From contig JAZQKP010000031.1 of assembly GCA_045542275.1 (NCBI GenBank), forward strand, positions 41,820 to 105,819: 64,000 bases of DNA. Direction: 5' to 3'. Below, piece after piece: positions 37,955 through 47,914 of this stretch; the stretch's first letter is position 1; each line of letters opens with the position of its first letter. The notes under the pieces were generated by a model that was given only the letters and a program-made list of their open reading frames with translations, was not told where the DNA came from and made no database searches. The DNA comes from Eubacteriales bacterium. Lineage in GTDB: Bacteria > Bacillota > Clostridia > Oscillospirales > CAG-272. The translations under genes and the position numbers were made by a program.

Positions 37955-38887
37955 TTAGCCTCTAACCATCTTTTCGATTTCAGCTGCGAAATCGTCTTCT
38001 CTCTTTTCGAGACCTTCGCCCTTTTCATACATAAAGAAGCCAACAACCTTGATAGCACCGCCGAATTCCTTTGCAGAAGCTTCAACGTACTTACCAACGC
38101 TCATCTTGTCATCCTTTACATATGCCTGCTCGAGCAAGCAGTTCTTTTCATAGAATTTACCAAGCTTACCAACAACCATCTTCTCAAGAATCTGAGCAGG
38201 CTTGTTAGCGTTCTTAGGATCGTTAGCGAGCTGAGCAAGAATAACGGACTTTTCTTCTTCGAGGTCCTTAGCAGGAACGGATTCCTTGTTAAGGTAAAGA
38301 ACAGGCATAGCTGCAACCTGAAGTGCAATGTTCTTAGCGAATGCTGCAAAGCCTTCGTTAGCTACTGCTGCATCATCTGCCTCAAACTTAACAATAACAC
38401 CTGTTGAACCCTTACCGTGAATGTAGGATGTAAGAACACCCTCAACAATAAGGAAACGACGGATATTCATATTTTCACCAATTGTGAAGATCATATCCTT
38501 AAGCTTAGCCTCTACAGTCATATCTGTATCATTGAAGTTCTTTGTAAGAAGCTCTTCAACATTTGCAGGCTTAGTAGCAATAATTGTCTTAAGAAGACCC
38601 TTAACGAAGTCAAGGAACTTTTCATTCTTTGCAACGAAGTCTGTCTCTGCATTTACTTCGATCATAGCAGCTGTCTTACCGTCTTCGCTAACGAGAATGT
38701 CAACAACACCCTCTGCTGCAATACGGTCTGCCTTCTTAGCAGCTACTGCAAGACCCTTCTCACGAAGGAATTTAACTGCACCGTCAAAGTCACCGTTGGA
38801 CTCTGTAAGTGCCTTTTTACAATCCATCATTCCGCAGCCTGTCTTTGTTCTGAGGTCTGCAACCATTTTTGCTGAAATAGCAGCCAT
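37955..38887 (-). CDS. tsf: Translation elongation factor Ts
   Basis: 310 aa. MAAISAKMVADLRTKTGCGMMDCKKALTESNGDFDGAVKFLREKG is a canonical EF-Ts UBA-like N-terminus. Confidence 0.95.
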   Translation of the reverse strand: MAAISAKMVADLRTKTGCGMMDCKKALTESNGDFDGAVKFLREKGLAVAAKKADRIAAEGVVDILVSEDGKTAAMIEVNAETDFVAKNEKFLDFVKGLLKTIIATKPANVEELLTKNFNDTDMTVEAKLKDMIFTIGENMNIRRFLIVEGVLTSYIHGKGSTGVIVKFEADDAAVANEGFAAFAKNIALQVAAMPVLYLNKESVPAKDLEEEKSVILAQLANDPKNANKPAQILEKMVVGKLGKFYEKNCLLEQAYVKDDKMSVGKYVEASAKEFGGAIKVVGFFMYEKGEGLEKREDDFAAEIEKMVRG

Positions 38888-38912
38888 TTTTATATCCTCC
38901 GTTTAATTAAAA

Positions 38913-39644
38913 TTATTCAGCTTCAGCTTCTGCTTTTTCTTCTACTGCTTCAAAAGGAGTTTCACCCTGTCTGCCTTCGATAACAGCATCAGCGATAGAA
39001 GCAGAAATAAGCTTAATTGCACGAATAGCATCATCGTTACCGGGGATGATGTAGTCTGCATCGTCAGGATCGCAGTTTGTATCTACGATAGCGATAACAG
39101 GAATGCCAAGTCTCTTAGCTTCGAGAACTGCATTGTGCTCTTTCTTTGTATCTACGATGAAGATAGCGGAAGGAAGTCTTTCCATATTCTTGATACCGCC
39201 AAGGTTCTTCTCGAGGTTATCCATTTCCTTTACAAGACCAGCAACTTCCTTCTTGGGAAGAAGATCAAATGTGCCATCCTGCTGCATCTTCTGGAGCTGG
39301 TTAAGACGTGCAATGCTCTTCTTGATTGTCTGGAAGTTTGTGAGCATACCACCGAGCCAACGAACGTTTACATAGTACATACCGCAACGCTGAGCTTCCT
39401 CACGGATAGCATCTGTAGCCTGCTTCTTTGTACCTACAAAAAGAACGTCGCCACCCTCTGCAGAGATATCACGAGCAAACATATAAGCTTCTTCAAACTT
39501 TGCTGCTGTCTTCTGAAGGTCGATGATGTAGATTCCGTTTCTTTCTGTGAAGATGTACTCTGCCATCTTAGGGTTCCATCTTCTTGTGTGGTGTCCGAAG
39601 TGAACACCTGCTTCAAGCAACTGCTTAATTGAGATTACTGACAT
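38913..39644 (-). CDS. rpsB: 30S ribosomal protein S2
   Basis: [27 protein letters not shown] is canonical. AAAGGAGG lies 8 nt before ATG 39644, which is internal to the ORF-track start at 39674. Confidence 0.95.
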   Translation of the reverse strand: MSVISIKQLLEAGVHFGHHTRRWNPKMAEYIFTERNGIYIIDLQKTAAKFEEAYMFARDISAEGGDVLFVGTKKQATDAIREEAQRCGMYYVNVRWLGGMLTNFQTIKKSIARLNQLQKMQQDGTFDLLPKKEVAGLVKEMDNLEKNLGGIKNMERLPSAIFIVDTKKEHNAVLEAKRLGIPVIAIVDTNCDPDDADYIIPGNDDAIRAIKLISASIADAVIEGRQGETPFEAVEEKAEAEAE

Positions 39645-39764
39645 TTTTATGTCCTCCTTTGGTTTTTCCGCCATTCACGCTTTACGTTCCTACCGATTAC
39701 CAGCACCGAAAACGCATCATAGCGTGGATGTGTGTTTTATTTTTCGTGTGCTCTCATACACACG
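39645..39764 (-). promoter_or_regulatory. Structured ~120-nt 5' leader of rpsB (candidate r-protein autoregulatory leader)
   Basis: On the minus strand: hairpin CGTGTG-TATGAGAG-CACACG, then CCACGCT...AGCGTGAATGG long-range pairing just upstream of the SD. Confidence 0.3.
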
Positions 39765-39770
39765 CACCGT

Positions 39771-39799
39771 ATTATAACATAGTTATTTAATATTTTCAA
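39771..39799 (-). promoter_or_regulatory. Sigma-A promoter for rpsB-tsf
   Basis: On the minus strand: TTGAAA (39799-39794), 17 nt, TGTTATAAT (TATAAT 39776-39771). Confidence 0.55.
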
Positions 39800-39892
39800 C
39801 CGATTTTTTACAGTTAACAAAAAATTTACATTTAAAATTTATTCGCTAGTTTCTTATGAGAAAAAATATTTTCTCTTCATTTATTTATAATA

Positions 39893-39930
39893 GGAATAAA
39901 ATTACCGCAGCATCGAACAAGCTGCGGTAA
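39893..39930 (-). terminator. Intrinsic terminator after the lipoprotein gene
   Basis: ATTACCGCAGC / GCTGCGGTAAT (39901-39911 / 39920-39930), followed by TTTTATT on the minus strand. Confidence 0.8.
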
Positions 39931-39940
39931 TTAATTTTGA

Positions 39941-41596
39941 TTATTCAGCCGGAGCCTCTTCTACACCGGCAAAAGCATTGTAAAGCTCAGTATATGCTGC
40001 TATAGCATTTTTATAAGCATCTGAATTTCTGATTTCGAGAACATCCGCATTTTCAGTATTCTCTTTTGCCCATTCGGCTACAAATGTATCGAACTCTTCA
40101 GCTGTCATATTAGAGATTTTTTCGTATGCAGAAGCATTAAGAGTCTTAAGTGCAGCAGTGCAAGCATCTATCTTATCCTTATTATTTTCAGCATAGAAAT
40201 TATTCAAGCCTTCATAGGGATTTACAATTGAATCATAGTTGATATCCTTTATATAGTCCCACATGTCGATGCTTACATTTTCAGCAGGATATGTAATGTA
40301 ACCATTACCTGTATAAAGTGTGTTCATCTTATATGCGTAGTCACCCTTGTTGTCCTTGATCATTTCAAGAACACCATTTTCAAGCTGATAATCCTCACCC
40401 TTTATACCGTACTGCAAGAGTGTGCGAATTTCTTCATCAGTCTGGAGATTGTAAACAAACTCCATTGCTCTGTCGAACTCAACAGAATATGATGTAACCG
40501 CAAATACAGATTCAAATGCGTTTTCGTCGTTAATTACGGATACTTCTGTACGAACATAGTAATGATCATCGTCCTCTTCAACATCAACAGGAGAAAGATA
40601 ATCATATGTAACTGCAACCTTTGATTTGCCATCATCTGCTACATTGTACTTCTTATAAAGCGACATAAACGAAGTATAATCTCTATTTTCAAGTGTTCCA
40701 ACAGGTGCCTTGTTACCAAACATTGAAGAGCTGATAAGTGAGAAGCCATCTTCACCCCAATAAGAAACTGTGGGAGCATCGCCTTCCTTAGCAACTAAAG
40801 GCAATACATTATCAAGCTCTGCTACATCCTCAAGAAACGCACCGAGTGCTACATAGTCAAGCTTGCCATTAGCATCGGTAAGAGTCTTTACATCAAAGTC
40901 TTTAATCTGGTTTGCAACAGACTTATCTATTACAAGATACTGATACAAGCCATTAGAATATAAGTGGTTGTTAGGAATACCGTAAACAGCTCCGTTTACT
41001 TCCATCATGCTTAAAATCTCAGGCTTGATAATCTTAGTGATTCGATAATATGAACCACTTGATGCAAGGTAGTTTTTAAGTGATCTAAGCTGACCGTTGT
41101 TAACATAGTTAACATAATCTTCCTTGTCTCTTATAAGAATGATGTCAACCTGATTTTCCATTATATCTGGATATTTAAGCTGAATTGTATATTCGCCATC
41201 AACACCGTTAACATACTTCTTATATGCCTGGTTTGTAAATACAACGGAAGAAGGTCTTGATCCACCGGCAGCAATTGATGCCTTGGAGTCGCTCATTTTC
41301 TTTGCTACAGCTGCGTCGTATTCAGCATCGTTTACAGCAATGAGCTTAATTTCTGTACAGTCCTGACGGAGTAATGTATTAATAGCCTCCTCTACTGCAG
41401 CAAGTCTTTCCTGAAATTCAGGAGAGGATGTGTCAGCATCGGTAGGAATCATAACTGACAATGTAAGAGCTGTTCTCTTAGAATTCTTTACGATGTCTTC
41501 CATAATCTCATCATCTGATCTCTTATCAGAGCATGATGTGAGGAATAATGTGCAGAGCATCAAAATGGCAAGCGCCAAGCTTAGTAATTTTTTCAT
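39941..41596 (-). CDS. Large extracellular solute-binding lipoprotein (ABC-type sugar SBP-like), no transporter partners nearby
   Basis: 551 aa. Signal peptide plus lipobox (MKKLLSLALAILMLCTLFLTSC). Its size and segments (AVYGIPNNH) resemble the ~550-aa family-1 SBP lipoproteins of Firmicutes. Confidence 0.5.
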   Translation of the reverse strand: MKKLLSLALAILMLCTLFLTSCSDKRSDDEIMEDIVKNSKRTALTLSVMIPTDADTSSPEFQERLAAVEEAINTLLRQDCTEIKLIAVNDAEYDAAVAKKMSDSKASIAAGGSRPSSVVFTNQAYKKYVNGVDGEYTIQLKYPDIMENQVDIILIRDKEDYVNYVNNGQLRSLKNYLASSGSYYRITKIIKPEILSMMEVNGAVYGIPNNHLYSNGLYQYLVIDKSVANQIKDFDVKTLTDANGKLDYVALGAFLEDVAELDNVLPLVAKEGDAPTVSYWGEDGFSLISSSMFGNKAPVGTLENRDYTSFMSLYKKYNVADDGKSKVAVTYDYLSPVDVEEDDDHYYVRTEVSVINDENAFESVFAVTSYSVEFDRAMEFVYNLQTDEEIRTLLQYGIKGEDYQLENGVLEMIKDNKGDYAYKMNTLYTGNGYITYPAENVSIDMWDYIKDINYDSIVNPYEGLNNFYAENNKDKIDACTAALKTLNASAYEKISNMTAEEFDTFVAEWAKENTENADVLEIRNSDAYKNAIAAYTELYNAFAGVEEAPAE

Positions 41597-41632
41597 TTTT
41601 AAGAAATCCTCCCAGATTCTAGTTCACATATT

Positions 41633-41661
41633 ATTTTACATTAGAAGTAGTAATTTGTCAA
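41633..41661 (-). promoter_or_regulatory. Sigma-A promoter for the SBP lipoprotein gene
   Basis: On the minus strand: TTGACA (41661-41656), 17 nt, TAAAAT (41638-41633). Confidence 0.5.
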
Positions 41662-41709
41662 GTTGTTTTGTTCAACATTTACAATTTATTTATTTTTTAA
41701 ATAATATTT

Positions 41710-42798
41710 TTAGTCAAGATAATCACGGAGACGCTTTGAACGGCTTGGGTGGCGAAGCTTTCTTAATGCCTTTGCCTCAATCTGACGGATTCTTTCTCTT
41801 GTAATATCAAATTCCTTACCAACCTCTTCGAGAGTTCTGGTTCTACCATCTTCAAGACCAAAGCGAAGCTTAAGTACCTGCTCCTCTCTAGGTGTAAGTG
41901 TGTGCAATACTTCATTAATTTGTTCTTTCAAAAGTGTATAGGATGCTGCCTCTGCGGGAGCGGGTGAATCCTCATCGGGAATAAAGTCACCAAGGTGGCT
42001 GTCCTCCTCTTCGCCGATAGGAGTTTCCAGAGAAACTGGCTCAAGAGCATATTTCATTGTGTCTCTTACCTTTTCGGGAGTCATACCAATCTTCTCTGCA
42101 ATTTCTTCCGGAGTAGGCTCTCTGCCAAATTCCTGAAGAAGCTGTCTTGAAATTCTTGAAACCTTATGAATAGTTTCAACCATATGTACCGGAATACGTA
42201 CGGTTCTCGCCTGGTCAGCAATAGCACGGGTAATCGCCTGTCTTATCCACCATGTAGCGTATGTTGAGAACTTATAACCCTTTGTGCAGTCAAACTTCTC
42301 TACCGCCTTCATAAGACCAAGATTGCCCTCCTGAATAAGATCAAGGAATGCCATACCCTTACCAAGATGCTTTTTAGCAATACTTACAACAAGACGGAGG
42401 TTTGCCTCAACAATCTTGTTCTTTGCCTTTTCGTCGCCTTCCTTCATCTTCTGCGCAAGAATTTGCTCCTGCTCAGAATCGAGAAGGGGTACTCTACCTA
42501 TTTCCTTAAGATACATTCTTACAGGGTCATCAATAGAAAGACCCTCCTGCATCTTCTCAATGTCCTCAGGACTTATAAGCTGCTCGAGCTCCTTTTCGAG
42601 ATCATCTACGTCCTCACTGTCGATATCATCGATATTCTTGGATGCACTCTTGATGGACTCATAAATCTCATCAAGCTGATCATTACTGTAGAAGTCCTCA
42701 AACTTATCAGCGGCTGTAGGATCCTTGTCCATATCGGACATATCAACCTTAGCGCTTTCAATAAGCTCACTCAAATCGTAATTCTTCTCTGAAATCAT
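41710..42798 (-). CDS. sigA: RNA polymerase primary sigma factor (SigA/RpoD)
   Basis: 362 aa with an acidic N-terminus. Regions 2-4 are canonical ([60 protein letters not shown]). Confidence 0.95.
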   Translation of the reverse strand: MISEKNYDLSELIESAKVDMSDMDKDPTAADKFEDFYSNDQLDEIYESIKSASKNIDDIDSEDVDDLEKELEQLISPEDIEKMQEGLSIDDPVRMYLKEIGRVPLLDSEQEQILAQKMKEGDEKAKNKIVEANLRLVVSIAKKHLGKGMAFLDLIQEGNLGLMKAVEKFDCTKGYKFSTYATWWIRQAITRAIADQARTVRIPVHMVETIHKVSRISRQLLQEFGREPTPEEIAEKIGMTPEKVRDTMKYALEPVSLETPIGEEEDSHLGDFIPDEDSPAPAEAASYTLLKEQINEVLHTLTPREEQVLKLRFGLEDGRTRTLEEVGKEFDITRERIRQIEAKALRKLRHPSRSKRLRDYLD

Positions 42799-42810
42799 TT
42801 TCTACCCCAC

Positions 42811-44553
42811 TTATTTTTTGCTTTTAAACAAATTTTCAAGCGAATCAATGCTTGATGATGATTCATCCTTGTTTTTTTCTGCCTTTAAGGATTTAATGCA
42901 TGAATCAAGTACGTCCGCTCCATTTGAATCCAAGCGTTGTCTTTCAATAACCATTTTTGTAATTCTGGATATTTCATTTATGTTAAAATTCTCCTCAACA
43001 AATGCAATATCGAATTTGCCGTTTGTCTTGTAGCATTCTACCATTTTTTCAAATACCCGACGATTAAATGATGTAACAAAATCGTCAGGAATCAAAGCGC
43101 TTGAGCATTTATTTAAATGCTCATCGTGAAGCTGCATAAGACCAAGTATTGCTTCTTCTACCTTACTTGCCTTCATATTTGCTGCACTGTCCGAATTAAT
43201 TCTATCCCCTATTCCACTTGATGCACGGTATATTTCGTTCATCTGGGTTGTTTTTTCATTTTTTGCGTTACGCTTCATAGCTCTATTAACATCTCTTTTC
43301 AAGCTGTCAAGAGGTATTTCAAGGAGCTTTGATGTATGTTGACAATACAAATCCCTTTCCACGTTGGAAGGATATGAAGCGATTATTTTACAAATTTCAG
43401 ATGAAGCCTTAACTCTGTTTTCAAAGACTGAAATATCAAGCCTTGAAAGAATCTTGTCCACTTCAAACTCAAATCTGCTTTTCGAGCCTTCAAGTAAATC
43501 TGTAAATCGGTTTGCGCCGAATTTCTTAATAAACTCATCAGGGTCCTTAGCACCATTCATTTTAAGAATTTTAACATCTATCCCGACCTCTTGCAGAAGT
43601 CTGAATGCCTTATCAGCTGCCTTTTGACCGGCTTCGTCACTATCGTAGGATATGACAACCTTCTTGGTATAACGCGAGAAAATTCTGGCATGCTCAGGTG
43701 TTATAGCAGTACCCAATGTTGCAACTGCATTTTCAAAGCCTGCTGAATGAAGAGCTATTACATCCATATAGCCCTCACAAAGAATAAGCATCTTTTCACA
43801 CTTGTTCTTGGCATAATTAAGCGCAAAAAGGTTTTTACTCTTTTTGAATGCAGGTGTATCCGATGTATTAAGATATTTTGGCTTGGAATCGTCCATAACT
43901 CGTCCACCAAAGGCAACTACATTACCCGATACATCTATAATTGGAAATATAACACGGTTACGGAACAAATCGTATACGGAATCATTCTTTCCCTTAGCGC
44001 AAACAAAGCCCTCAACCATTTCCTTATCCGTATAACCAAGCTTACGCAAGTGATCATAAAGCGCACCAAAGGAATTTGGCGCAAAGCCCAGTCCAAAATG
44101 CTTTACAACGGACATAGGGAGCTTACGTTCGTTAAAAAGATAGTTTCTTGCTTCTCTGCCTATATTTTCATCAAAAAGCATATTTCTGAAGAATATGGCA
44201 GCTTCCTTATTCATCTCAAGGACTCTTTGCCTTGAAACACCACTAATGCTTGTACGGTCATCATCCTCTGGAATCGTAATACCGGATCTTTGAGCAAGGA
44301 CCTTCAGAGCTGAAACATAGTCAAGATTTTCAGTTCTCATAGTGAAGCTTACAACATCTCCGCCTGCACCGCAGCCAAAGCAATAAAAAGACTGTGTAGC
44401 AGGAAAAACAACAAATGAAGGAGTTTTCTCGCTATGAAACGGACAAAGGCCACTGTAATTTGAGCCTGCCCTTTTCAAAGTGACATACTGCGAAATAACG
44501 CTTTCAATTTCGTTTCTGAATTTAATGTCTTCAATTATATTTGCGGGAATCAT
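42811..44553 (-). CDS. dnaG: DNA primase
   Basis: 580 aa with a zinc finger (CPFHSEKTPSFVVFPATQSFYCFGCG) and a TOPRIM domain (CEGYMDVIAL, YDSDEAG). Confidence 0.95.
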   Translation of the reverse strand: MIPANIIEDIKFRNEIESVISQYVTLKRAGSNYSGLCPFHSEKTPSFVVFPATQSFYCFGCGAGGDVVSFTMRTENLDYVSALKVLAQRSGITIPEDDDRTSISGVSRQRVLEMNKEAAIFFRNMLFDENIGREARNYLFNERKLPMSVVKHFGLGFAPNSFGALYDHLRKLGYTDKEMVEGFVCAKGKNDSVYDLFRNRVIFPIIDVSGNVVAFGGRVMDDSKPKYLNTSDTPAFKKSKNLFALNYAKNKCEKMLILCEGYMDVIALHSAGFENAVATLGTAITPEHARIFSRYTKKVVISYDSDEAGQKAADKAFRLLQEVGIDVKILKMNGAKDPDEFIKKFGANRFTDLLEGSKSRFEFEVDKILSRLDISVFENRVKASSEICKIIASYPSNVERDLYCQHTSKLLEIPLDSLKRDVNRAMKRNAKNEKTTQMNEIYRASSGIGDRINSDSAANMKASKVEEAILGLMQLHDEHLNKCSSALIPDDFVTSFNRRVFEKMVECYKTNGKFDIAFVEENFNINEISRITKMVIERQRLDSNGADVLDSCIKSLKAEKNKDESSSSIDSLENLFKSKK

Positions 44554-45557
44554 TTCTTACTTCTCCAAATATCAGGAACATAAAGCTCCCTAAAGGTCTT
44601 TATTGCATATCTGTCGGTCATACTTGAAATGTAGTCACACACACTTCGTTCTACGCCGTCTTTTTCACAGTTATTTACATAAAGCTTAGGCATTTCATCA
44701 TAATGCTTTACGTAATGGTCAAAAAGTGTTTTGATCATATCAATGGCCTTGTCTTCCTCGGCCTTAACTACTTTATTATGATAAACATTTTCAAAAAGGA
44801 AGCTTCTTAATGCCATAGTAGCCTCGGAAACCTCATCGTTCATTCTAACGAAAGGCTTATCAAAGCTTTCTTCTATTACGGATCTCACCATAGTATTAAT
44901 TCTTTCACTATGTCCTTTACCTAATGTATCAATGATGTTTTTCGGAATATCACCAATTGACAGGACACCGGCACGTACAGCATCATCAATATCATGATTT
45001 ATGTAAGCAATTCTATCAGCAAGCTTAATTACTGTACCTTCAAGAGTAGCAGATTCATTTGAGCCAGAATGGTTAAGAATGGCATCCTTTACTTCCCAAG
45101 TTAAATTCAAGCCTTCTCCGTCATTTTCAAGTCGTTCTACAACTCTGATACTCTGTTTATAGTGAGCAAAATCCTTACTGTAAACAAGCTGCATAGCAAG
45201 CTCACCTGAATGACCAAACGGAGTATGACCTAAATCATGTCCCAACGCAGCAGCCTCACAAAGGTCCTCATTAAGCCTTAATGCTCTTGCAATAATTCTG
45301 GCAATTTGTGTAACCTCAAGGGTATGAGTCATTCTTGTTCTAAAATGCTCGTCTTCGGGAGAAAAGAAAACCTGTGTTTTATGCATAAGACGCCTGAAGG
45401 ATTTACAATGTAAAATACGGTCTCTGTCTCTTTGAAACTCAGTACGGTTAGGACAAGGACTGCAATATTTTTCTCTACCCCTTGTATCTGAGGTCAAAAA
45501 TGCATACGGTGAAAGAAAAGTTTTTTCTCTTTCAAGAAACATCTCATTAGCGTTCAT
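44550..45557 (-). CDS. dgt: dGTP triphosphohydrolase-like HD-domain protein
   Basis: ~335 aa. RTRMTHTLEVTQIAR, GHDLGHTPFGH, DRIAYINHDIDD. GGAGG lies 7 nt before ATG 45557. There is a 4-nt overlap with dnaG. Confidence 0.85.
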   Translation of the reverse strand: MNANEMFLEREKTFLSPYAFLTSDTRGREKYCSPCPNRTEFQRDRDRILHCKSFRRLMHKTQVFFSPEDEHFRTRMTHTLEVTQIARIIARALRLNEDLCEAAALGHDLGHTPFGHSGELAMQLVYSKDFAHYKQSIRVVERLENDGEGLNLTWEVKDAILNHSGSNESATLEGTVIKLADRIAYINHDIDDAVRAGVLSIGDIPKNIIDTLGKGHSERINTMVRSVIEESFDKPFVRMNDEVSEATMALRSFLFENVYHNKVVKAEEDKAIDMIKTLFDHYVKHYDEMPKLYVNNCEKDGVERSVCDYISSMTDRYAIKTFRELYVPDIWRSKK

Positions 45558-45598
45558 TATATTTCCTCCCCTCAATTTTCTTCATATTATATAAATAC

Positions 45599-45630
45599 GC
45601 AAAAAAAGCACAAAATACTTTTTTGTGCTT
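45599..45630 (-). terminator. Intrinsic terminator after the YigZ-family gene
   Basis: AAGCACAAAA / TTTTGTGCTT (45606-45615 / 45621-45630), followed by a T-run on the minus strand. Confidence 0.6.
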
Positions 45631-46255
45631 ATTTTGTGTCGAATCTTTCGCCAAGCTTCCTTAACTTTATTCGTGCAGCGAAGGCTTCTGTTATCTTAAG
45701 TTGTATATTTTCGTTCTTATCTTCAGCAACAGCAAATCGAACTGTGATATCTGAACCAAAATCAGTATTATCTGTTATTACATCAAACGAAGAAAGAATG
45801 CTTTGTATCTTCTGGTAATCCGAATACGAGCAAGAAACCTCATACTCAATATATTTTTCAAAAACAGCGATTCCTCCTGCTTCCAGTGCCATAGATGCAG
45901 CTGTTGAGTAAGCACGTACAAGTCCACCGGCTCCCAATAAAATACCGCCAAAATAACGGGTTATAACAACGCAAACATCAGTAATTCCCGACATCCTTAT
46001 TGCATTTAGTGTGGGCATACCTGATGTCCCCTGAGGTTCTCCATCATCTGAGTATCTTGCTATTGTTCCATCGCCGATTATATATGCGTAGACATTATGG
46101 GTTGCATCAGCAAATTTTTTCTTTCTTTGTTTGATAATTTCAAGTGCTTCTTCTTCGTTTTTTACAATTGCAGAATATCCAATAAACAACGATTTGCGTT
46201 CTATAAATTCAATCTCTGCTGACTGACGCAGTCTTTTGATTTTCTCTTGATTCAT
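45629..46255 (-). CDS. IMPACT/YigZ (UPF0029) family protein
   Basis: 208 aa. SLFIGY...ATHNVYAY....G....SDDGEPQGTSGMP...VCVVITRYFGGILLGAGGLVRAY is the YigZ N-domain signature. Confidence 0.8.
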   Translation of the reverse strand: MNQEKIKRLRQSAEIEFIERKSLFIGYSAIVKNEEEALEIIKQRKKKFADATHNVYAYIIGDGTIARYSDDGEPQGTSGMPTLNAIRMSGITDVCVVITRYFGGILLGAGGLVRAYSTAASMALEAGGIAVFEKYIEYEVSCSYSDYQKIQSILSSFDVITDNTDFGSDITVRFAVAEDKNENIQLKITEAFAARIKLRKLGERFDTK

Positions 46256-46286
46256 AAGGCTTTATAGGTTTTTGGCAATTGTAGAA

Positions 46287-47552
46287 TTATTTCTTCAGAT
46301 ACTTCTTTAAGGCACCTTTGGTCTTCTCATCCACGCAAGCCTCAACCAACACTCCTTCATCAACATATTTTGTGTTTTTAATCTCTGCATTTTTATAAAG
46401 AATGCTCATCATTCCCTGCTCTGAATAAGGGAATAAAAACACCTCATTTGTTTTACCGCTGCGACACAATTCCTCAAGCTGAGCAGTAAGCTCATCAAGT
46501 CCTTCTCCACTCTTTGCACAGAGTGAAACTACCCTTGCTTCTCTACTCTTTAAAAGTCTCAAATCGTACATTCTTTCATTTGTTGCAAGGTCGGATTTAT
46601 TGAACACATAGAGCTTCGGCTTATTGTTTGCGCCAAGAGATTCAAGAATGGAATCAGTTACTGCAATATGCTCAAGACACTCATCATCTGATGCATCTAC
46701 AACTATTATAAGAAAATCGCAATAAACCGTTTCCTCAAGGGTTGATTTAAAAGCATGTACAAGATGATGAGGAAGCTTTTTAATAAAGCCTACTGTATCA
46801 GTTATAAGCATTTTAATTCCGCTTGGCAGCTCAAATTTACGTGTTGTTGGGTCAAGTGTAGCAAAAAGCTTATCCTCTGCAAGTATTCCTGCACCTGTAA
46901 GAAGATTAAGAAGGGTTGATTTTCCAGCATTTGTATATCCTGCGATACAAGCCTTGGCTATACCGCTTTTATCCCTTTGAGCGCGTGTTACAAGTCTATT
47001 CTTCTCTAATTCCTCAAGCTCCTGTCTTAGCATAGCTACTCTTGAGGCAAGACGTCTTCTGTCAATCTCAAGCTTACTTTCACCCGGGCCTCGTGTACCG
47101 ATACCACCACCAAGACGTGACATATCCTTACCTTTACCCATAAGTCTGGGAGCAGTATATTTAAGCTGAGCAAGCTCAACCTGTAGCTTACCCTCTGCTG
47201 TGACAGCATGAAGAGCAAAAATATCAAGAATAAGCATGCTACGGTCAATAACATCAACCTCTGTTACATTCTCAATATTCTTAATTTGTGCAGGAGAAAG
47301 CTCACAGTCAAACACTATTTTATCGGTATTGTTGTGTTTACATATCTCAGCAAGCTCATTAAGCTTACCTTCTCCTATATAAGTAGCAGCCTCAGGAGTG
47401 TTTTTCAGCTGTGTAAGAGTAGCAATCACCTTACCACCGGCAGTATCTACAAGTCTTTCAAGCTCTTTTAAGGATCTTTCACACTCATCAGCTCCACCTT
47501 GCTGAAATATACCTACTGTAACTACCCTTGCTACTGTATTCTTCTCTTCCAT
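46287..47552 (-). CDS. hflX: GTPase HflX
   Basis: 421 aa. HflX N-domain (FDCELSPAQIKNIE, DRSMLILDIFA), GTPase motifs GYTNAGKST, DTVGF, NKSD. Confidence 0.9.
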   Translation of the reverse strand: MEEKNTVARVVTVGIFQQGGADECERSLKELERLVDTAGGKVIATLTQLKNTPEAATYIGEGKLNELAEICKHNNTDKIVFDCELSPAQIKNIENVTEVDVIDRSMLILDIFALHAVTAEGKLQVELAQLKYTAPRLMGKGKDMSRLGGGIGTRGPGESKLEIDRRRLASRVAMLRQELEELEKNRLVTRAQRDKSGIAKACIAGYTNAGKSTLLNLLTGAGILAEDKLFATLDPTTRKFELPSGIKMLITDTVGFIKKLPHHLVHAFKSTLEETVYCDFLIIVVDASDDECLEHIAVTDSILESLGANNKPKLYVFNKSDLATNERMYDLRLLKSREARVVSLCAKSGEGLDELTAQLEELCRSGKTNEVFLFPYSEQGMMSILYKNAEIKNTKYVDEGVLVEACVDEKTKGALKKYLKK

Positions 47553-47580
47553 AGGCTTCTCCTTTATGATTTTAAAAAGT

Positions 47581-47611
47581 TAAAAGGGTAAGCAGCATAA
47601 ACCACTTACCC
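47581..47611 (-). terminator. Intrinsic terminator after rpmE
   Basis: GGGTAAG / CTTACCC (47586-47592 / 47605-47611), followed by TTTT on the minus strand. Confidence 0.65.
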
Positions 47612-47622
47612 GATCTACCAAA

Positions 47623-47826
47623 TTATTTACCGCCGTTAAGACGCTTCTTAAACTTGTCAACACGTCCGCCTGCATCAACGAATTTCTGCTTTCCAGTAAA
47701 GAAAGGATGGCACTTAGCACAAATTTCAACTGAGATATCACCTTTAGTTGTCTTTGTTACAACAGTGTTACCGCAAGCACATCTGATAGTAGCTTCCTTA
47801 TATTCGGGATGAATTCCTGCCTTCAT
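47623..47826 (-). CDS. rpmE: 50S ribosomal protein L31 (Zn-ribbon type)
   Basis: [20 protein letters not shown]...[12 protein letters not shown] is canonical. AGAGG lies upstream of ATG 47826; the ORF-track start at 47835 is a GTG inside the RBS. Confidence 0.95.
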   Translation of the reverse strand: MKAGIHPEYKEATIRCACGNTVVTKTTKGDISVEICAKCHPFFTGKQKFVDAGGRVDKFKKRLNGGK

Positions 47827-47865
47827 TATTTTCACCTCTTTGCATTAAACTGTAATTTTCGATTT

Positions 47866-47895
47866 ATTATACTACATACCATATGTAAAAGTCAA
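47866..47895 (-). promoter_or_regulatory. Sigma-A promoter for rpmE
   Basis: On the minus strand: TTGACT (47895-47890), 18 nt, TATAAT (47871-47866). Confidence 0.5.
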
Positions 47896-47914
47896 GAACT
47901 TTTTTAAATTATTT

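Noticed and set aside
44550-45557. dGTPase-like HD protein as a possible anti-phage dNTP-depletion defence gene.
   Set aside because: It overlaps dnaG by 4 nt in the conserved dgt-dnaG-sigA housekeeping operon. There are no neighbouring defence or mobile genes. Context argues for the housekeeping paralogue.
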